From Mobula hypostoma (lineage: Eukaryota): DNA of 64,000 nt. The stretch lies in assembly GCF_963921235.1 (NCBI RefSeq), contig NC_086108.1:49602001-49666000 (forward strand), written 5' to 3'. Every line of letters starts with the position of its first letter. The first letter of the stretch is position 1. Shown in pieces: positions 37,073 through 48,445 of this stretch. The notes beneath the pieces were generated by a model, which worked only from the letters and a program-made list of their open reading frames with translations, ran no database searches and was not told the origin of the DNA. The position numbers and the translations under genes are program-made.

Positions 37073-38291
37073 GTGATCATAATATGATAGAATTCACCCC
37101 TCAATTTGAGAAGGAGAAGCTAAAGTCAGATGTATCAATATTACAATAGAGTAAAGAGAATTGCAGAGGTACGAGGGAGAAGCTGACCAAAACTGATTGG
37201 AAGAGAACCCTAGCACGGATGACAGCAGAGCAGCAATGGCTGTAATTTCTGGGAGCAATCGGAAGACACACAATAGATACATCCCAAATAAGAAGAGGTA
37301 TTCTGACGGCAGGATGACTCAGCTGTGGCTGACAAGAGAAGTCAAATCCAACATAAAGCCAAAACGAGGGCAAATAACAGAGCAAAAATGAGTGGGAAGT
37401 TAGAGGATTGGGAGGCTTTTAAAAATCAGCAGAAGACGACTAAAGAGTCATAAAGAAGGAAAAGATGGAATATGAAGGAAAGCTGGCCAATAATATTAAA
37501 GAGGATACCAAAAGTCTCTTCAGATATATAAAGACTAAAAGAGAGGTGAGAGTAGATATTGGACGCTGGAAAGGTAGTAATAGGGGAAAAGGAAATTGCG
37601 GACGAACTGAATAAGTATTTTGCATCAGCCTTTACTGTAGAAGACACTTGCAGTACGACGGAGGTTCAAGAGTGTCGGGGGCAGAAGTGAGTGCAGTAGC
37701 CATTACTAGGGAGAAGGTACTTGAGAAACTGAAAGATCTGAAGATAGTTAAGTCACCTGGACCAAGATTTCTGAAAGAGGTGGCTAAAGAGATTGTGGAG
37801 GTATTATTAATGATCTTTCAAGAATCAGTAGATTCTGGCACAGTTCCAGAGGATTGGAGAATTGCAAATGACACTCCACTCTTCAAGAATGGAGACAGGC
37901 AGAAGAAAGGAAATTACAGGCCAGTTAGTCTGACCTCAGTGGTTGGAAAGATGTTTGAGTCGATTGATAAAGATGTGGTTTTAGGGTACTAGGAGTCACA
38001 TGATAAAATAGGCCAAATTCAGCATGGTTTTCCTATAGGAAAATCTAGCATGACAAATCTGTTAGAATTATTTGAAGAAATAACAAGCAGGAGAATCGGA
38101 TGTTGTGTACCTGGGTTTTCAGAAGGCCTTTGACAAGGTGCCACACGTAAGGCTGCTTAACAAGTTAAGCTATTACAGAAAAGATACTAGCATGGATAGT
38201 GCATTGGCTGATTGACAGGAGGCAAGGAGTGGGAATAAAGGGAGCCTTTTCTGGTTGGCTGCCAGTGACAAATGGTATTCACTTCTTTTTA

Positions 38292-38523
38292 GCAACACAC
38301 ATCAAAGTTGCTGGTGAACGCAGCAGGCCAGGCAGCATCGATAGGAAGAGGTACAGTCAACGTTTCGGGCTGAGACCCTTCATCAGGTTAGTCCTGACGA
38401 GGGGTCTCAGCCCGAAACGTCGACTGTACCTCTTCCTATCGATGCTGCCTGGCCTGCTGCGTTCACCAGCGTTTTTTGGTGTGTGTTGCTTGAATTCCCA
38501 GCATCTGCGGATTTCCTCGAGTA
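38292..38523. mobile_element. Fold-back Penelope-terminus mini-insertion with 12-bp TSD
   Basis: CACTTCTTTTTA at 38280-38291 and 38524-38535; ~95-bp inverted arms joined at 38387-38393. Confidence 0.9.
38390..38425 (+). ncRNA. Minimal type I hammerhead ribozyme motif, intact core
   Basis: AGTC-CTGACGA-GGGGTCTCAGCCC-GAAA-CGTC-GACT. Confidence 0.75.
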
Positions 38524-39601
38524 CACTTCTTTTTACATTGTATGTCAAAGATTTGGATGAAGGAATAGATGGCTTTGTAGCCAACTTTGTGGATGATATG
38601 AAGATAGGTGGATGAGCAGGTAGTGTTGAGGATGCAGAGTGACTACCGAAGGACTTAGACAGATTAGGAGAATGGGCAAAGATGCGGCAGATGGAATACA
38701 GTGTCAGGAAGTGTATGGTTATGCACTTTGGTAGAAAAAATAAGCATAGACTATTTTCTAACTGGAGAGAGAATTCACAAATCTGAGGTGTAAAGGGACT
38801 TGGGAGTCCTCGTGCAGGATTTCCTAAAGGTTAATTTGCAGGTTGAGTCAATGGAGAGGAAGGCAAATGCAATGAAATGAAATGTACTCATTTCAAGAAG
38901 ATTAGAATATAAATGCAATGCTAAGGCTTTATAATGCACTGGTGAAGCTTCATTTGGAGTATTATGAGTAGTTTTGGGCCCCTTATCTAAGGAAGGATGT
39001 GCTTACATTGAACAGTGTTCAAAGGAGGTTCATGAAAATGATTCTGGGATTGAAAGGCTTGTCATATGAGAAACTTTTGATGGTTCTGAGCCTGTACTCA
39101 CTGGAATTCAGAAAAGTGAGGGGGGATCTCATTGAAAGCTATCGAATGTTGAAAGGCCTTGATAGAGTAAATTTGGAGAGGATGCTCCCTTTCGTAGGGG
39201 AGTCTAAGGCTAGAGCACACAGCCTCAGAATAGAGGGATGTCCATTTAGAAAGGTGATGAGAGGAATTTTTTTTAAGCTAGAGAGTGGTGAATCTGTCAA
39301 ATTAGTTGCCACAGATGGCTGTGGAGGCCAAGTCATTGGGCTTATTTAATGCACAGGTTGACAAATTTTTATTAGTCAGGGCAAGAAGCGATACAGGGAG
39401 AAAGTGGAAGACTGGAGCTGAGAGGGAAATGGATCAGCCATGATGAAATAACGGAGCCAAGTGGTCAAATTCTGCTCCTATATCCTGTTGTCTTAAGGAA
39501 TAAGACACCAGAACTAATTCAACCTGCTGATTTCTATCCCATCAGTCTACTGACAACTATCAAATCAATAGATGTTACTGCTATCATGTCAAATTTCCTT
39601 A

Positions 39602-40770
39602 AGACCATAAGAAGTAGGAGCAGAATTAGGCCATTCAGCCCATCAAGTCTGCTCTGCCATTTATCATGGCTGATCCTGGATCCCACTCAACCCCATTCAC
39701 TTGCCTTCCCACTGTATCCTTTGATGCCCTGACCAAGCAGGAAACAATCAATTCCGCCTTAAATATACCCACGGACTTGACCTCCACCGCAGTCTGTGGC
39801 AGAACATTTCACAGACCCACTACTCTCTGGCTAAAAAAAAATTCCTTCTTACCTCTGTTCTAGAAGGTTTTGAGGCTGTGCCCTCTAGTCTTGGATACAC
39901 CCACCACAGGAAACATCCTCTCCACATCCACCCTATCTAGTCCTTTCAACATTCGGTAGATTCCAATGAGATCACCATGCATTCTTCTAAATTCCAGTGA
40001 GTACAGGTTCAAAGCTGCCAAGCGCTCCTCGTATGTTGATCCTTTCATTCCCAGTGAACTTCCCCTGGACTCTCCAATTACAACACATCCTTTCTGAGAT
40101 ATGGGGCCCAAAACTGTTGACGTTACTCCAAATGCAGCCTGACTAGTGTCTTATAAAGGGTCACCATTCTTTCCTTGTTTTTATATTCGATTCCCCTTGA
40201 AATAAATGCCAACATTGCATTTGCCTCCTTTACCACAGACTCAACCTTTAAATTAACCTCCTGGGAGTCTTGCACAAGGACTCCCAAGTCCCTCTGCACC
40301 TCTCATGTTTGACCCTTCTCCCCATTTAGATAACAGTCTGCACTACTGTTCCTTTTACCAAAATGCATTATCATACATTTCCCAATATTGTATTCCATCT
40401 GCCACTTTTTTGCCCATTCTTCCAATTTGTCTGTCCTGCTGCAATCGCATTGCCTCCTCAGCACTATCTACACCCCACTTTTCTTCGTATCATCCACAAA
40501 CTTTGCCACAAGGCCATCAATTCCATTATCAAAATCAATGACAAACAATGTGAAAAGTAGCGGTCCCAATACTGACCCCTGAGGAACACCACAAGATATC
40601 GGCAGCCAACTAGAAAAGGCCCCTTTTAAACCCAGTCGCTGTCTCCTGCCTGTCAGTCCATCCTCTATCCATGCCAGTATCCTTCCTGTAACGCCATAGG
40701 ATTTTACCTTGTTAAGTAGCCTCATGGGTGCCACCTTATCAAATGCCTTCTGAAAATCCAAGTAAATGAT
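39602..40770 (-). mobile_element. 5'-truncated CR1 LINE, tail-to-tail with the preceding CR1
   Basis: ORF 40468-40761 DFQKAFDKV...GVPQGSVLGP...FVDDTK. Confidence 0.9.
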
Positions 40771-41006
40771 GTTCTCCTCCCTTCCTCACTGGGCTATGTT
40801 TATATCAATACAATATGCTTGACCTTTATACTACAAACAGAATGGACAAACATGCTGCTCTAACCAATAATACTCACATCCTGACAAAAGTATAAATATA
40901 ATAGCATCCTCATAGAAAATGCAGGTGATTTGAAAGATCCATTACATTTATTAAACCCACATTAAAATAGGCCAGTTGCTATCTAAATGTAAAGAATGTT
41001 GCATAC

Positions 41007-41074
41007 CTGCTTTTGGTAGAACTCACAACAGACATTGGGTGATTAGTATCATCCTTTACTGCCAGTATATTATC
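41007..41074 (-). CDS. NMNAT2: NMNAT2 exon 10 equivalent (DNILAVKDDTNHPMSVVSSTKSR)
   Basis: aacAG acceptor, AG|gtatgc donor, 68 bp. Contains the VSSTxxR nucleotidyltransferase motif. Confidence 0.95.
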
Positions 41075-42389
41075 CTGTTTAAGAACAGAAAAGATGAATG
41101 CTTTTTACCAGTACAGCATCTAATAAGAAGGTACAAATGCCATACAAATGTATAATCTAAGCAAAACTGCAAAACGAGTTTGTTACCACTATTACTAAAG
41201 ATCATTGGGAATACAGAATTAACAGGCTTGTTCCCTCTCTCTCATCTCAAGGACCTGGATGTGAAGTGACTTTGTGTCCTTTTCTCTCAGTCTTTAAAGG
41301 CTTGGTAAGAATCTGCAATTGAATGTAACCCAGAAGCACTAAGCTCCTTTAGTTTGACTCTATTTTAACTCAGTATGATAAAAACTAATTGGAAAATGCA
41401 AAGGTTCATGTGATTCCATAGTCTAGACTCTTATGAAGTGTCAATTTATAGCACTTTGTTTAGACAAAGTAGCTGGAGCACAACATTTCCCCTTTCACTG
41501 AGTGATCTTTGCTGGCAAAATGTGTCCACCTACTTCACAGTTGCTTTGGTTTTTCTTGTGACTGGGGATAAAAGGGAAGGGAAAGGAAATGAGATGGTAT
41601 CATCCTCAGGCATTTAATTGCCAACAATTCCATTGCAAGGCTGGGAATTTCTGCCAGCATGAACAGGTGATTGATCTCTCTGTGAAGGAGGGGAGGGTAG
41701 AATAACAAACCTTAGCTGGGCAACTTTCCTCCAATTTGGTATCCTGCTATTAAAGGGAGAGTGTTACAGCAATTTCCTGTACTAATCCTTAGAGATTTTG
41801 TGACTGTTATTTCTTTTGGGGAATACTTTTTACAACAAAATACTGTATCAATATAGAAGACACACAGAAACTGTAGAATTTAAGAGTTTTTACCGTTTAT
41901 TCCTTGTAACTATACAAATTTGGTTCTGTTTCCCCTCAGCATCTATAACGGCTGTTGAAAACATACTATACTAAAAATTGTATTAAAAATTTTCCAGATG
42001 CCGTGTCCATAATGAGAGAACAGAGGAGTGATCCGTCTGAGACGTTATGTTCTACCTAACTTAGAACCCTGCATCAGATATTGACTGCTGGCAACAGATC
42101 CTGGACAGAGTTAGTTGATTTTTATTCCATTACACTATTGTTCATTGTATCTGGGTGTTGTGGTGCAGATGTAAATGTATAAAAAATTCTGATTAATTGG
42201 CATTGGTTAGCAGTGTATGATGCACGTATTGTGACTTTGGGACTGTTAATAGCACCAAACTGTTTGGGGAACATTCATGGCTATGCATTCACCTTAAATA
42301 TTTCACCTGTTGCACAAATTAACATATGAAATAACAAAAGGCGCACGACCCCATCTGATCTGTTCAACAGTGCATCATATAACAGACAC

Positions 42390-43345
42390 AGTTCAAAGTA
42401 AATTTTATTATCAAAGTACGTACTGTATATATCACTTTATACCAACCTAAGATTAATTTTCTTATGGCATACTCGAAAAATCTGTAAAATAATATTTATA
42501 ACAGGATCAATGAAAGATCAACCAGTGCAGAAGACAGCAAACTGCGCAAGTATAAATAAATTGCAATAGATAACATGAACGTGAGATGACGAGTCCTTGA
42601 AAGTGAGTTCAATGGTTATGGGAACATTTCAATGATGGGACAAATGGAGTTGGGTGTAGTTATCTCCTTTTGTTCAAGCCAGATGGTTGAGGGGTGGCAA
42701 CTGTTCTTGAACCTGGTGATGTGAGTCCTGAGGCTCTTGTACCTTCTACCTGATGGCAGCAGCAAGAAGAGAGCATGACCTGGGAGGTGAGGGTCTTTGA
42801 TGATTGATGCTGCTTTCCTACGACAGCGTTGCATTTAGACGTGCTCAATGGTTGGGAGAGCTCTAACCATGATGTACTGGGCTAAATCCACTACTTTTTG
42901 TAGGATTTTTCATTCATAGGCATTGGTGTTTCCATACCAGGCCACGATGCATCCAGTCAATACAGTCTCCACTGCTGATCTATAGAAGCTTGTCAAAGTT
43001 TTCGGTGGCATGCTGAATCTCTGCAAATTCCTGAGGAGATAGAAGTGCTGCCGTGCTTTCTCTGCAATTGCACTAACGTGCTGGGCCCAGGACAGATCCT
43101 TTGAAATGGTAACACCTGGGAATTTAAAGCTGTTAACCGTCTCTACCTCTGATTCTCCAATGAGGACTGGCTCATGGACCTCTGGTTCCCTCTCCTGAAG
43201 CCTATAATGAGTTTCTTGGTCCTGCTGACATTGAGTGAGATCTCAGTGAGCACACCAGCCAGTTGGTCAGCACAGTTCTTTAGTATGTGGCCAGGTACCT
43301 CATCTGGTCCGTATAATCTCCATGGATTCACCTTACTGAAGTCAG
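42390..43345 (-). mobile_element. Decayed, internally deleted Rex1/Babar-type LINE
   Basis: GPDEVPGHILKNCADQLAGV joined directly to LNVSRTKKLIIGFR; RCRRKAASIIKDPHLPGH. Confidence 0.8.
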
Positions 43346-44472
43346 ACGACATTGTGCAGTGTTGTGAGCACTTGATTAGAGTTGGCTGTTGGTGGTATGT
43401 AAACTGTGGTTCAGATTATAGATGAGAACTCCAGAGACAGATAGAACAGGAAACCTTTGATCATTAGGTGCTCAAGTTTGGGGGAACCCGAGTTCATCAG
43501 AATTGCCATGTCAGAGCACCTACGAGAGTTAACCACAAAACACACACCTCCTCCTTTTGCCTTTCCCGAGTCAGCAGTTTGGTCCATTCTGTGAATGAAG
43601 AATCCTGGTTTGACTGCGACACCTGGTGTGCCCGGAAAAAGCCACGTTTCAATAATGCATACAATTGAGTCTCTGATACAGCAGTCTTGCCCTCAATTCC
43701 TCACTTTTGCTCTCCAGCGACTGCACATTTGCTGACAAGATGCTGGGTTGAGGAGGCCTCATCCTTCTGCATTTCAGCTTGCCTTAGAGTCCCCCTCTCC
43801 TTTCTCGCTTTCAGTCATGGTGATGAACCTTAGAGTGCCATGCCTGACTGGTCCGGGTTCTTCACTCCATCTTGAGATATGAAGATCAATGAGTTGATTT
43901 CAAAGTCCAATACTTGAACAGAAGTCATGTGCTGCAGAGTGCAGTGAAAGTAATCCAAAAGAAATATATTTAAGAGAAACTTTGGATCAATTTTCTGCAG
44001 CCCATAGAACGTCACCGAAGATCATTGACGTCATCTTGAAAGAGTGGAATTGTTGGATATTCATTAATTACTTATTGGAATTTCAGAGATTCACCTTATC
44101 TCTTAATGACCAGTTCATATTGTTGAGACATTGTTGGCAATGGTCTCCAAGTACACCAAATTACATCATTTGATAGGCTAATAAAGATTAAATATCCCAA
44201 GTTTAATAAATTATATAATCTTTGGACAAGCAAACAGAACCTGCTCACTGAAGCATTAACGGAGTTTCCCTTAGTTATTGTCTATTTCTAATTGGTTTGA
44301 ACTCAATGCAACCAACAATGGTTTTGTCGTTTGAATATTTGTTATCAAAATAACAAGTCATACTACAAGTCATACAGTAGCACTTTATTGTAAAATCAAT
44401 TTCTGCATCCAAACCAGCCGGGCAAATAATTTTAGGGGAAAAAACTCTCAGAATTAAATAGCTAAGACTTAC

Positions 44473-44574
44473 CTTGTACTTGCGAAGTATTGAGGAATGA
44501 TTGAGGATCCTGTCTGTGTCTACACTGTCACGTGGGACGACCACTATTCCAAAATCACCCACTATAACTTCCAC
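44473..44574 (-). CDS. NMNAT2: NMNAT2 exon 9 equivalent ([34 protein letters not shown])
   Basis: cctAG acceptor, AAG|gtaagt donor, 102 bp, near-identical to the human peptide. Confidence 0.96.
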
Positions 44575-44869
44575 CTAGGGAAGGAATTTTCAAGATACAA
44601 TAGTAATCACAATGATATAGCCATGATTTGTGAATTCAGATGGATGATTTCTTTTCCCCAAGCTGCTATAATGTGTGAGTCACCTGTGTTAAGGACTGGA
44701 TGCATGAGGAACAGAAGGAAGCTAATGGCCAAAATAATTCACAACTTTTAATGAATTCCCATTTTTTGTCTTGTACTTATATAAGTGGATAAACCCCAAA
44801 TTAAACAAGTGCATCATGAAGAATCTCTGAATGAACTCAGTGACTGATGAAAGTAGCTTGAAAGAGAAG

Positions 44870-45452
44870 CGCAAAATGGGTTCTTACAGTTATATGAGAC
44901 CTTGGTCGGACCCCACTTGGAGTACTGTGTTCAGTTCTGGTCACCTCACTACAGGAAGGATGTGGACTGTATAAAGAGAGTGCAGGGGAGATTCACAAGG
45001 ATGTTGCCTGGATTGGGGAGCATGCCAAATGAGAATAGGTTGAGTGAACTTGGCCTTTTCTCCTTGGAGTGACAGAGGATGAGAGGTGATTTAATAGAGG
45101 TGTAGTAGATGATGAGAGGCAATGATAGTGTGGATAGCCAGAGGCTTTTTCCCAGGGCTGAAATGACTAACACAAGGGGGCATAGTTTTAAGGTGCTTGG
45201 AAGTAGGTACAGAGGGGATGTCTGTTTTTCACTCAGAGTGCTGGGTGCGTGGAATGCACTGCCGGCGACAGTGGTAGAGGTGGATACAATAGGGTCTTTT
45301 AAGAGACTCTTAAATAGGTACATGGAGCTTAGAAAAATAGAGGGCAATGCGGTAGGGAGATTCTAGGCAGTTTCTAGAGTAAATTACATGGTCAGCACAA
45401 CATTGTGGGCCGAAGGGCCTGTAATGTGCTGCAGATTTCTATGTTCTATGTT
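44870..45452 (+). mobile_element. CR1 3' fragment in the NMNAT2 intron between the exon 8 and 9 equivalents
   Basis: LYETLVGPHLEYCVQFWSPH; tail ttctatgttctatgttc. Confidence 0.9.
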
Positions 45453-45696
45453 CATACCTCAGATGCTTCTCATCTTGTCTCATCCAAGGAAAGCCAGACA
45501 ACTTGCAGGCAGGAAGCATTTTTATACACTTCATTTTGTTTTCAGTACAATACTTACAGTTTTATTTCTAAACTCATTCTTTTAACATGAACTGCCAAAG
45601 TTATAAAAACATCTCTACAGTAAAGTCAACCATTATTAGCCGTGAACTCCGCAAATATAAACAGCAAAATAAGTTATAGCAGGAAGATATACTTAC

Positions 45697-45773
45697 ATCT
45701 TCCTCATTCCATAGGCCAGGGATACAAAAGGATTCCAGCAAATCACTGCCACACAGCAACAAGATCCGGAGCT
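45697..45773 (-). CDS. NMNAT2: NMNAT2 exon 8 equivalent ([26 protein letters not shown])
   Basis: ttcAG acceptor, GAT|gtaagt donor, 77 bp. Contains the NMNAT motif LLCGxDLLESF. Confidence 0.96.
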
Positions 45774-46163
45774 CTGAATGGGTGGAAGATGAACAATATT
45801 TTACACTGAGAAAGGTGTCCTTCCAAACACAGGGGGTTTACATTGAATTAAGAACTATCACACAATATGTGGAGCAGAAGTTCTACTTGGGACAGAGAAG
45901 ATAAAGGAATTTTAGCCAATACTTTCACTGAATACACAATATCCTTTCTGCCACATTTACTTCTCTTTCTCTTTTGTGCACTAAATGAAATTGGAGAACA
46001 GTGAAATGGCAGCTAACAATACAAAGAATATACTTGTTTCAACGATGAGACTATTGTTTTCTGTATGGCAAAGTGGAAGCTGGAATAGGCAAGGGTTAAA
46101 GATACACACATCAAAGTTGCTGGTGAACGCAGCAGGCCAAGCAGCATCTATAGGAAGAGGCGC

Positions 46164-46199
46164 AGTCGACGTTTCAGGCTGAGACCCTTCGTCAGGACT
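46164..46199 (-). ncRNA. Minimal type I hammerhead ribozyme motif, sense to NMNAT2 pre-mRNA
   Basis: Minus strand reads AGTC-CTGACGA-AGGGTCTCAGCCT-GAAA-CGTC-GACT. Confidence 0.75.
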
Positions 46200-46599
46200 A
46201 ACTGAAGGAAGAGTGAGTAAGGGATTTGAAAGCTGGAGGGGGAGGGGGAGATGCAAAATGATAGGAGAAGACAGGAGGGGGAGGGATAGAGCCGAGAGCT
46301 GGACAGGTGATAGGCAAAAGGGGATACGAGAGGATCATGGGACAGGAGGTCCGGGAAGAAAGACGGGGGCGGGGGGTGACCCAGAGGATGGGCAAGAGGT
46401 ATATTCAGAGGGACAGAGGGAGAAAAATGAGAGTGAGAGAAAGAATGTGTGCATAAAAATGAGTAACAGATGGGGTACGAGGGGGAGGTGGGGCCTAGCG
46501 TTCTCGGCTCTATCCCTCCCCCTCCTGTCTTCTCCTATCATTTTGCATCTCCCCCTCCCCCTCCAGCTTTCAAATCCCTTACTCACTCTTCCTTCAGTT

Positions 46600-46635
46600 A
46601 GTCCTGACGAAGGGTCTCGGCCTGAAACGTCGACT
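46600..46635 (+). ncRNA. Minimal type I hammerhead ribozyme motif
   Basis: AGTC-CTGACGA-AGGGTCTCGGCCT-GAAA-CGTC-GACT. Confidence 0.75.
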
Positions 46636-47962
46636 GCGCCTCTTCCTATAGATGCTGCTTGGCCTGCTGCGTTCACCAGCAACTTTGATGTGTGTTGCTT
46701 GAATTTCCAGCATCTGCAGAATTCCTGTTGTAAGGGTTAAAGATATGCAGGCCAGATTGACTGTGGCAGTATGCAGTCAAACTCAGACAAGGGAGGTCAT
46801 TGAAGGGAGACTGCCAGAGCCAATCTACTGCAGACAGACAGGTGAGAATCACTGGCAGTGTGTAATCAACCAGGAAGAACATAGCTTCCCATTGCACAGT
46901 AGGGGGTGCCGGAGACAGACAATATAGGAATACCGGAAGGGTGTGAACTACACCCAACAAGTAAGGGACAATTGATTCACAAACTTCAAAGTACCACCCG
47001 TTGTCAGCTTGTAGTTCCTTTTGAGTTTGAGCATCTCCATTGTGAAAGGCGGTTGATCTTGCAAGTAAGGAATTCAAACTACGCAATTTACCACATGGCC
47101 AACATCTGTAACTGATAAGCCAATTCCGTATAAAAACAACAGTTTTCTGTTCAGACTTCAGAACAGTGTGAGTGACAGGGGCCACGCTGTTCTCCTTGTG
47201 CACGAGGAAAATAAAGTGTGCGTGTTCAGGGCCCAGCTATTCTATTTTATTTTTGGCGATAACAGTTACTTGGGGGTTCTGTCAAGGTGCCTAACACTTG
47301 GCTCCATTATATGGCAGAAAGGAATTCAGCCCTGGTAACCGATCAGTCCTAAATCCTAGGCTGCTCATACTTGAGAAAGGGACTGAGTCTGCTGTTGGAA
47401 TGCAAATTCCCTCCTGTGTGGAGTGGTCAAGGTATGCCGACACCTAGTCAGGGTCATTGACAAAGGACTCGCATTGTGTGGGAGTTGTGAGAGTGCCTGT
47501 GTTCTGGGCCCAGTTACTTTATATTATTATCCATCACAACATGACATTGAGTTCTTTAGTTAAGTTCATCATTGTCTAAACCAGCACTTGATGCTCCTCC
47601 TGCACGCCCTGATGCTTTACCAAATTGCTGCAGTCCTTGTGGTGTTTGTTTTGCCATTGGAAACGACACTAATGAATGGCATCCTTAACCATTTTAGAAT
47701 CAAAGTTTTTAAAAGCAGCTTTAGTTTACAAACAAAAAAAAAATCATTACTCTCATTTTCTAGCCCTATCCTCCCTTACCTGGCATAAATGTAACTGTGA
47801 AGAGGGACAAACAGTCAGGTTGTTCAATCCAGGACCAAAATGCCACCATGGCTTAGCCCAAAGTAATTGGGCATGAAAATTTTCTGTGGATTTGGAATCA
47901 CTTATTGACTGGACAAGCTGAGGGCATCAGAGTTTATCCCTAACTGACATAGATGAACTAGA

Positions 47963-48179
47963 ACAACAAACAACAGGAATTCTGCAGATGCTGGAAATTC
48001 AAGCAACACACATCAAAGTTGCTGGTGAACGCAGCAGGCCAGGCAGCATCTCTAGGAAGAGGTACAGTCGACATTTCAGGCAGAGACCCTTCGTCCTGAC
48101 TAAGGATCTCGGCCTGAAACGTCGACTGTACCTCTTCCTAGAGATGCTGCCTGGCCTGCTGCGTTCACAAGCAACTTTG
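47963..48179. mobile_element. Fold-back Penelope-terminus mini-insertion with 14-bp TSD
   Basis: ATAGATGAACTAGA at 47949-47962 and 48180-48193; arms join at GTC (48093-48095) within the hammerhead region. Confidence 0.9.
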
Positions 48180-48445
48180 ATAGATGAACTAGATTGATTT
48201 TGATTTCCCATGGTCACAGCATAGGTAACAAATCTATATTTTAAAATTCTGGGATATTTAAATAACTAAATTTAAAATTATGTCTCCAGTTAGACCTGGA
48301 CTTATCTATATAACCACAATCCTTAAACATAATACATTCAAGGCCATCTCCACTGCATTCATGATTAATGTTTAGAGGAGTCAAATACTTGTACAAAACT
48401 GAGTACAAAGTTTGTGTATATGCATGGCTGTTTAAATTTGATGGT

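Larger units (their letters stand above)
33720..39497 (+). mobile_element. Second near full-length, decayed CR1 LINE in the last NMNAT2 intron, carrying two nested Penelope insertions
   Basis: ORF1 ATG at 33908 (MAPGAVFCSVCEMWE), VIGDSIVRG, ORF1 stop at 34743-34745, LKVLYLNAHS, RT fragments up to ~39420. Confidence 0.9.
46105..46731. mobile_element. Young fold-back Penelope-terminus insertion (193-bp near-perfect inverted arms) with 14-bp TSD
   Basis: AAGGGTTAAAGATA at 46091-46104 and 46732-46745; 46105-46297 pairs with 46502-46694; right arm has a 37-nt extra tail. Confidence 0.93.

Noticed and set aside
46213..46740. ORFs of 175/115 aa, and similar ORFs at 1943-2379, 35505-35970, 38357-38584 and 47988-48217
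   Set aside because: Chance frames across low-complexity Penelope 3' termini and their inverted copies; not host genes.
46673..47203. 176-aa minus-strand ORF in NMNAT2 intron 7
   Set aside because: No motif, non-ATG start, and it runs into the PLE insertion.
48093..48128. Hammerhead in the 47963-48179 insertion
   Set aside because: Core is mutated (CTGACTA instead of CTGACGA) and the opposite arm is truncated; unlikely to be active.
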